This document shows, piece after piece, positions 26,406-32,000 of a DNA stretch of 32,000 bases. The notes under the pieces are model-generated. The model was given only the letters and a program-made list of their open reading frames with translations, was not told the DNA's origin and searched no databases. Source of the stretch: Opitutales bacterium (GTDB lineage: Bacteria > Verrucomicrobiota > Verrucomicrobiia > Opitutales > PNEW01); the NCBI GenBank assembly GCA_965219535.1, contig CBDCNV010000001.1, positions 300,001 through 332,000 of the forward strand, in the 5' to 3' direction. Position 1 is the stretch's first letter. Every line of letters begins with the position of its first letter. A program made the translations under genes and the position numbers.

Positions 26406-27164
26406 TTATGCGGTTGCGACGAGTTCGTTTTTTACCCAGTCATACCCTTTTTCATCCAGCTCTAATGCGAGTCCTTTATCGCCGCTGCGGACAATGTGCC
26501 CATTGTAGAGCACATGCACCCGATCGGGAACAATGTAGCTGAGGAGCCGTTGGTAATGGGTGATTACGAGTATCCCGATATCTGGACCGCGCATACTGTT
26601 TACACCGTCAGCGACGATCCTTAGCGCGTCGATGTCGAGGCCACTGTCAGTTTCGTCCAAGACTGCGTATTTGGGTTCGAGCATCATCATTTGCAAAATT
26701 TCGCAGCGCTTTTTCTCACCTCCCGAAAACCCGGCATTTATCGACCGGGAAGTAAATTTACGATCGATTTTTAAGAGGTCCATTTTTTCATAGAGATGTT
26801 TGTAATACTGCGTAGCCTGAAGTTCCTCATCCTCTTCTAGACGGGCCGTTATCGCCGCGCGGATAAAGTTGGCAATACTCACCCCGGAAATTTCGCTCGG
26901 ATACTGGAAAGCCATAAACATTCCGCTGCGGGCAATTTCATCGGGGCTTAAGCCAATGACGTTTTTACCGTCGACCAGCGACTCGCCCTCTAGCACGGTG
27001 TAATCCGGGTGTCCGGCTAGCGCTTTTGCCAGGGTGCTCTTCCCTGAACCGTTAGGGCCCATCAGGGCGTGCACTTCACCTTTAGGTACGGTCAGTGAAA
27101 AATCATCGAGAATTTTTTTGCCCTCAATGGCGATACTCAGGTTTTTAATTTCAAGGGAATCCAT
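26406..27164 (-). CDS. sufC: Fe-S cluster assembly ATPase SufC
   Basis: 252 aa. Walker [13 protein letters not shown] signature FSGGEKKR, Walker [12 protein letters not shown] and the H-loop ITHY. Confidence 0.95.
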   Translation of the reverse strand: MDSLEIKNLSIAIEGKKILDDFSLTVPKGEVHALMGPNGSGKSTLAKALAGHPDYTVLEGESLVDGKNVIGLSPDEIARSGMFMAFQYPSEISGVSIANFIRAAITARLEEDEELQATQYYKHLYEKMDLLKIDRKFTSRSINAGFSGGEKKRCEILQMMMLEPKYAVLDETDSGLDIDALRIVADGVNSMRGPDIGILVITHYQRLLSYIVPDRVHVLYNGHIVRSGDKGLALELDEKGYDWVKNELVATA

Positions 27165-27204
27165 GCTTGTGTTCAGTTTAATTCATTAAAGGTGATGGGC
27201 ATAA

Positions 27205-27657
27205 TCAGTCCTCAGAGGATTCAATTTCACAAGGGGCGGTTCCACGGAAACACAACTCTACTTTTTCCGCATTGAAGCCTTCGGGCATAATTTTTTGCAG
27301 CATCGCTATTACCGGTGCGGAAATGTGTATGTCGTGCACTTTTCCCGTATGCTTGCAGTGAAAGTGGGCATAGTGCACGTTCTTCGCTTCCATCGGGCAA
27401 TAGCGTGTCGATTCACGCTCGAAATTTACCTGGCGGGCCAGTCCGCAATCAACGAGTGTGTCCAGGCAGTTATAAACCGTCGCTAAAGAAATCGTCGGCA
27501 TCTCTTCTTTCGCACGGTTGTAAATATCATCCGCGGTTGGATGGTCATGTTTGCTCAACAAAGTACTGTAAACTTGCTCGCGCTGCCGGGTTGAACGGAG
27601 CCCATACTGACTGAGTGCCTGGTTGAGTGTTACTCTAGATTCGGTGCTGAGTTTCAT
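27205..27657 (-). CDS. Fur-family metalloregulator, PerR-like
   Basis: 150 aa. The winged-helix part has HPTADDIY and LATVYNCL, the former identical to my memory of B. subtilis PerR. His-rich sensing region HYAHFHCKHTGKVHD. A 40-nt gap to sufC on the same strand suggests co-transcription. Confidence 0.85.
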   Translation of the reverse strand: MKLSTESRVTLNQALSQYGLRSTRQREQVYSTLLSKHDHPTADDIYNRAKEEMPTISLATVYNCLDTLVDCGLARQVNFERESTRYCPMEAKNVHYAHFHCKHTGKVHDIHISAPVIAMLQKIMPEGFNAEKVELCFRGTAPCEIESSED

Positions 27658-27732
27658 TGTTTTTTATTAAAATAAAGATGAAGGGAAAATAAGGTAATTG
27701 GAATGATTCTTAAAATCAAATGCAAATGAGAT

Positions 27733-27770
27733 TTAATATCATTATTAATTGAGACTTATAATCATTATTA
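27733..27770. promoter_or_regulatory. Two tandem Fur/PerR-type 7-1-7 operator candidates upstream of the regulator-suf operon
   Basis: TTATAATCATTATTA (27756-27770) matches the PerR-box consensus TTATAATNATTATAA at 14 of 15 positions, counting the N. TTAATATCATTATTA (27733-27747) shares the 10-mer ATCATTATTA, offset by 23 bp. The sites lie 76-113 nt upstream of the regulator start codon (27657) in a 321-bp AT-rich gap. Confidence 0.5.
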
Positions 27771-27978
27771 GTTATTGAAGCAAAATTAATAAGCAAGCGG
27801 GTCAAATTCTGCCCTTTTAATGTCATTAGTCATTGGCTATAAAGGCTATGAATATCCACACAATTTAATTTAGGGTACCGGTAAGCAGTAAAAATGATAA
27901 GGTTAAATAAGCGCTATTATTTAGAATTCACGCTAAATGATTGAAAGAACGTCAAGGTAGGCTCTGAATAGGGAAGAT

Positions 27979-28779
27979 ATGGATCTGATTGATAGTCATT
28001 GTCACCTCGAGCGTTTCCATAAAAAGGGAACTCTCGACGAGATTCTTGAAAACGCGAGAAGAGACGGGATTAAGCAGGTCATTACAATCGGGACGCAAGA
28101 GGGGGATTGGGAGCTTTATCGGCAATTAGCCGACCGTTATCGTGGTGTTATATATTATACTGTCGGATTACATCCCTCCTATGTGGGTGAGGACTGGGAA
28201 GACCAAATACGCCAATTGTCCCAATATTTTAATGAAAACCCCTGTCCAGTAGCCTTGGGGGAGATCGGGTTAGATTTTTTTCGCTTACCTGAGAGTATAG
28301 AAGCAGCAGCATCGGTTAAAATGCGCCAGGAAGCAGCATTCAAGCGCCAGCTTATGTTGGCTATGGAGCTCAGGTGTCCCCTTGTCGTGCATACGCGCGA
28401 TACTTTTCATGAGTGTGTGAAATTCATCGATGAAGCAGGTATCGATTGGGGGAAAGTGGTTTTTCATTGTTTTAGCCATGGGACGGCAGAAATGAGAATG
28501 CTGATGGAAAGGGGCGGTCGGGGTTCATTTACGGGGATAATCACCTACAAAAATGCTGAATCGGTGCGCGAGGCAGCCCTGATGCAGGGTCTCGACACCG
28601 CGATGATCGAAACGGATTCCCCCTACCTTTCCCCCGAACCTTTTCGCGGGAGGCAGAATGAGCCGTCATATCTGCTCCACACGGCACAGCGCGTGGGGCA
28701 GCTTTTTGAGAAAGCAGCTCCAGAATGCGCCCATCAAATTACGCTTAATACGAGACAATTTTTTCAATTGGGCGATTAA
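27979..28779 (+). CDS. tatD: TatD-family metal-dependent hydrolase/DNase
   Basis: 266 aa. N-terminus LIDSHCHL, plus GEIGLDF, VVHTRD, HCFSG-like HCFSHG and ETDSPYL, the canonical TatD metal-ligand blocks. Confidence 0.9.
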   Translation: MDLIDSHCHLERFHKKGTLDEILENARRDGIKQVITIGTQEGDWELYRQLADRYRGVIYYTVGLHPSYVGEDWEDQIRQLSQYFNENPCPVALGEIGLDFFRLPESIEAAASVKMRQEAAFKRQLMLAMELRCPLVVHTRDTFHECVKFIDEAGIDWGKVVFHCFSHGTAEMRMLMERGGRGSFTGIITYKNAESVREAALMQGLDTAMIETDSPYLSPEPFRGRQNEPSYLLHTAQRVGQLFEKAAPECAHQITLNTRQFFQLGD

Positions 28780-28976
28780 ATTTTAGAACGACGAAGGGAT
28801 TAATTTGGTTGGTTTGAGAATGGGCAATAGCCCTTCAAAAACAGGTACTTTTTCAGGGCAGAATTTCCCTGAGAATTCGCCTATTTTCACCGATTTTTTG
28901 CTCTGGCCATTTCAAGGGTTTAGGCCTTTTTTTTTAAGCCTTATTAAAAATACACAAGTAGCTGTTAAATAAATAC

Positions 28977-28991
28977 TTATATCATTTATAA
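28977..28991. promoter_or_regulatory. Weak Fur/PerR-box-like inverted repeat upstream of the TonB-dependent receptor
   Basis: TTATATCATTTATAA (TTATA-N5-TATAA) shares ATATCATT with the 27733 site. It lies about 197 nt upstream of the receptor ATG. The spacing differs from the 7-1-7 pattern, so confidence is low. Confidence 0.3.
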
Positions 28992-29187
28992 TCCTGTTCT
29001 ATCACCGTTTAAAAATCTCGCAAGTACTGTTATATTCTCCCCCTTGCAAACGTTTGTAAAAAAAATCATAAAAAAGTTGACAGTGGACGGTTCAGAGACG
29101 AAGTTTATCGCGTATATAACTCGGCCCTGCTTAGCGGGAGTCGAGGACCAAACCTACAAACAAACCCCAACCCAAAATAGGAAAAAC

Positions 29188-31401
29188 ATGAATGACGTAT
29201 TATCTTGCTTTGCCAGAAGAATTTTTCTCTTTGGCACAGCAGCAGTACTTAGTCTTGCGATAATTGCACCAACGCAGTTATCCGCGCAAGACGAGGAGGA
29301 AATTTATACCTTGTCTGAGTACGAGGTAGACACCTCCAAAGACGTTGGCTATAAAGCTATCGATGTTATCAGTGGTTCAAGAACTGCTGTTGCGTTGACG
29401 GACATAGCCATTCCGATTCAAGCCATAACCGAGGACCTTATTGAGGATACTCTGTCAGCCGATTTGGATGACATCGTAGAGTATGCCGCCAATGTCAGGG
29501 TCGAGTATGCAGAACGTGACCAAGGATGGTACAACATCCGCGGATTCCCAACTGATCAGATCTACCGTAATGGTGTGACGATCTCGGGATACCACGAAGC
29601 CGCTAACCTCGCCCGTGTAGAAATTATTAAAGGGCCGAGGTCTGTGACTTATGGATCAATGACACCTGGTGGTTCGATCAATCTGATCACCAAGCAACCA
29701 CAATGGACAAGGTCGGGATCTTTTACCGGTATAATCGGTAACTATTCCTATCGTCGTGCGGTTCTTGATGTGACTGGTCCCCTCGATGCTATTGGTGATA
29801 GAATTGCCTATCGGTTTACGGGCGCCTTCACCTACAACCATTCGGATGAGCTGTTCGAACAACTCGAAATTGTATTCACCTATGGTGCAGTCCAATGGAG
29901 ATTGACCGATAGAGCTACTATCCAGTTCGAATGGGAACGCCATGACCGTGATTGGACTCCCAGTCAGGGATTACCCTTCTGGGTATCCGACGAGTTCGGC
30001 AATCAGTACCCTTGGCGTCAATATAGTGGTGGAAGAGAGAACACTGCCTGGAGAGGTCCGGATGACTGGTTTGACAATACCCATGACTTCAACGTCATAA
30101 AGTTCGACTACTCCTTCAGCGAAAATATCAACTATCGCTATGTTGTGATGAACAGACAGCGCGAAAGAGATGTTTTCTTAAGGCAGCCTCGCGGTCTTAT
30201 ACGCGGTGGTGAATTCGATGGTTTCCAGGAAATTGGAACTCGTTTCACGATTGAGGAAGAAGACCACACCCATCATCGTCATGACCTGCAATTCAAAACG
30301 AATTTCTGGAATATGGATCACAACATTGTGATCGGTTTTGACTCCAGACGCAGAACTTCGAAATTTGTATCGCAGTTTGGTTATCTTACCGATAACGTAG
30401 TTCCTTACGATCCCGCCAACCCGTTTCTTAATGATGCAGGTCCAGACGGAGATGAGGAAAGAGTTATTGGATGGCCGAAAGGTGACGCGCCTAGCAAGTC
30501 ACAAACCATCGATCGTTTGCATAATGTAGGCGGTGGATTTGGTTTTGATGCTTGGTTTTTTACTGACCAGATTACTGCTTTGGACGGTAGATTACACGTA
30601 CTCTTCGGTGCTCGCACAGACAAGATCCAAAACCCTGAAGTACAGGATGAAACTTTCCAAGCTGGTGCGGTCTATGACATATGGCCCGGATTCGGTGTCT
30701 TCTTTAGCTGGAGTGAATCTCTCGCTGATAATGGCACAGGACAGGATGCTAATGCTCTAGATCCACAGATTGGTAGTGGTACTGAGTTTGGTGTAAAGTT
30801 CGATATCTGGGACGGAAGACTCTCTGGTTCGATGTCATACTTTGATATTGACCGGTCGAATATTCCACGTCAGGTGACGATCTTTGATCCTATAACCGGT
30901 AATCGTGCAGGTGAGCGCACCTTCCTTTCCGGGATTGAAAATTCGAGTGGTTTTGATGGAGACATTGTTTATTCGCCATGGGATAACTGGCAGAACTTCT
31001 TCTCCTTCTCCTTCCTCGATACAGAACTCGTCAGTGACGAGACCAATCCTGCTCGTGAAGGTGGTCAATTAGGCGGTGCACCAGGAACCCAATTGAGCGT
31101 GATCTCAAGATACAGCTTTAATGAAGGTCCTCTGGAGGGTGTCGCCGTTGGAATGGGTGTTACATATATGCAAGAGGTAGACCGTAGCGGATTCACGAAT
31201 CTGCCGGACGTACCACGGGGTCGTTACTCCGATGAAATGTATGTTACCAATATGTTCGTTCGCTATAACATCGACTATAAAGACTACGACCTCACTCTTT
31301 TGTTCAATATACATAACTTGTTTGATATTGATGCAGTAGAAAGAAATCAGTCATTTCTTGAGGCTCGCACCTTTAAAGGTGGTGTAAGAATTGGCTTCTA
31401 A
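29188..31401 (+). CDS. TonB-dependent outer-membrane receptor (siderophore-receptor-like)
   Basis: The start is moved to ATG 29188, which gives a signal peptide MNDVLSCFARRIFLFGTAAVLSLAIIAPTQLSA|QDEEE. This is followed by a TonB-box-like IYTLSEYEV and a plug domain (SGSRTAVALTDIAIPIQAIT, RGF, EIIKGPRS..YG). The beta-barrel ends in the aromatic ...VRIGF. The ORF-track TTG at 29044 adds 48 aa with no signal character. Confidence 0.9.
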   Translation: MNDVLSCFARRIFLFGTAAVLSLAIIAPTQLSAQDEEEIYTLSEYEVDTSKDVGYKAIDVISGSRTAVALTDIAIPIQAITEDLIEDTLSADLDDIVEYAANVRVEYAERDQGWYNIRGFPTDQIYRNGVTISGYHEAANLARVEIIKGPRSVTYGSMTPGGSINLITKQPQWTRSGSFTGIIGNYSYRRAVLDVTGPLDAIGDRIAYRFTGAFTYNHSDELFEQLEIVFTYGAVQWRLTDRATIQFEWERHDRDWTPSQGLPFWVSDEFGNQYPWRQYSGGRENTAWRGPDDWFDNTHDFNVIKFDYSFSENINYRYVVMNRQRERDVFLRQPRGLIRGGEFDGFQEIGTRFTIEEEDHTHHRHDLQFKTNFWNMDHNIVIGFDSRRRTSKFVSQFGYLTDNVVPYDPANPFLNDAGPDGDEERVIGWPKGDAPSKSQTIDRLHNVGGGFGFDAWFFTDQITALDGRLHVLFGARTDKIQNPEVQDETFQAGAVYDIWPGFGVFFSWSESLADNGTGQDANALDPQIGSGTEFGVKFDIWDGRLSGSMSYFDIDRSNIPRQVTIFDPITGNRAGERTFLSGIENSSGFDGDIVYSPWDNWQNFFSFSFLDTELVSDETNPAREGGQLGGAPGTQLSVISRYSFNEGPLEGVAVGMGVTYMQEVDRSGFTNLPDVPRGRYSDEMYVTNMFVRYNIDYKDYDLTLLFNIHNLFDIDAVERNQSFLEARTFKGGVRIGF

Positions 31402-31430
31402 CCTATAGTTTGCAGTTTTAATTAAACCTA

Positions 31431-31468
31431 ACAGGGGCATTGTTGAAAAACAATGCCCCTGTTTTTTT
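31431..31468 (+). terminator. Rho-independent terminator of the TonB-dependent receptor gene
   Basis: Perfect 14-bp stem ACAGGGGCATTGTT / AACAATGCCCCTGT with GAAA loop, followed by a T-run (31462-31468), 30 nt after the stop codon. Confidence 0.88.
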
Positions 31469-31560
31469 ATAAACGCATAGGTAAAGGTGAGATCTATCTA
31501 AGATTCATTTAAGAAAATGAATGCTGTTTTTAGATTAGGTCTGTATTAAATTAATAAGAG

Positions 31561-32000
31561 ATGAAGGAAAAAGTGGGGCCGAAAAAAAGGAGGCATGTGA
31601 TTGTATTAGGAGCCGGATTTGGCGGATTGGAATTCTGCAAAAAATTTTCTATTGAAGAAGCTGAGATCATTGTTATCGACCGGCAAAATCATCACCTCTT
31701 TCAACCGCTGCTTTATCAAGTTGCATCTGCAGGATTGTCTGCCCCTGAAATTGCACAGCCCATTCGTCAGATCTTTTCGGGTAGAACGGACATATCTATA
31801 GTTTTAGATGAAGTTCTAGCAATTGACTTAAATGAGAGGAAGGTTCGACTGCGGGAGAGCGATACCGAGCTCACTTATGATTATCTCATTATCGCGCTTG
31901 GCGCACAGACGAATTATTTTGGGAACGACAGCTGGTCAGTATATTCGCATGGATTGAAGACGCTTGATGATGCAACACGCATTCGTCATCGCGTGCTTCT
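31561..32000 (+). CDS. ndh: Type II NADH:quinone oxidoreductase (NDH-2), 5' partial (runs off the window)
   Basis: ATG 31561 is preceded by an in-frame TAA at 31555. Translation MKEKVGPKKRRHVIVLGAGFGGLEFCKKF...IVIDRQNHHLFQPLLYQVASAGLS...YDYLIIALGAQTNYFG shows the GxGxxG dinucleotide fold and the NDH-2 NHHLFQPLLYQVA block. It has no stop within the window, so it is absent from the ORF track. Confidence 0.85.
   Translation, partial: MKEKVGPKKRRHVIVLGAGFGGLEFCKKFSIEEAEIIVIDRQNHHLFQPLLYQVASAGLSAPEIAQPIRQIFSGRTDISIVLDEVLAIDLNERKVRLRESDTELTYDYLIIALGAQTNYFGNDSWSVYSHGLKTLDDATRIRHRVL

Noticed and set aside
28904-28935. GGCC...GGCC followed by a T9 run downstream of tatD, considered as a possible intrinsic terminator.
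   Set aside because: Only a 4-bp stem can form, with a 14-nt loop. That is too weak to call, and the T-run may simply reflect the AT-rich intergenic composition.
29044-29187. A 48-aa N-terminal extension of the TonB-dependent receptor, implied by the ORF-track TTG start.
   Set aside because: The extension has no signal-peptide character, whereas ATG 29188 gives a canonical signal peptide. The TTG coincides with a promoter-like -35 hexamer instead.
31619-31801. A 60-aa plus-strand ORF from the ORF track (MADWNSAKNF...).
   Set aside because: It is out of frame with, and fully inside, the NDH-2 coding frame that starts at 31561. That frame carries the GxGxxG and NHHLFQPLLYQVA motifs.
1-32000. 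A search by eye for tRNA/rRNA genes, CRISPR repeat-spacer arrays, IS elements, integrases, toxin-antitoxin pairs and known defence-system signatures.
   Set aside because: I recognised none. Every intergenic gap is under about 410 bp, and no gap contains regularly spaced direct repeats or terminal inverted repeats flanking a transposase-like ORF. The AddAB-like pair looks like housekeeping repair rather than defence.

Overview
This is a gene-dense 32-kb bacterial chromosomal segment, roughly 45-50% GC by eye. I recognised no rRNA, tRNA, CRISPR, transposase or integrase.

- **Minus-strand block 207-10293:** a peptide/nickel-type ABC importer (substrate-binding lipoprotein plus two permeases, no ATPase genes in view), an AddAB-like helicase-nuclease pair, and an OsmC-family protein.
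- **Plus-strand block 10501-22915:** an NlpI-like TPR protein, then a tightly packed six-gene proteasome and ubiquitin-like-tagging operon. The operon encodes an Mpa/ARC-type AAA ATPase, a Dop-like deamidase, a 58-aa tag gene absent from the supplied ORF track, PrcB, PrcA and a PafA-like ligase. It is followed by gmd-fcl (GDP-L-fucose synthesis), a thiolase and a Cys-type sulfatase.
- **Minus-strand block 22946-27657:** a PerR/Fur-like regulator followed by sufC-sufB-sufD-sufT, with two tandem 7-1-7-type operator candidates upstream.
- **Right end:** tatD, a TonB-dependent receptor with a strong intrinsic terminator, and the 5' part of a type II NADH dehydrogenase that runs off the window.

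The outer-membrane receptor, the lipoproteins, the sulfatase and the R-T-G-Q tag terminus point to a Gram-negative host, possibly Verrucomicrobiota/PVC-like (inference). The most interesting content is therefore a UBact-type (Pup-like) proteasome system outside Actinobacteria. That family has been predicted bioinformatically but, to my knowledge, is essentially uncharacterised experimentally. All calls come from reading the translations and DNA by eye; no database search was run.
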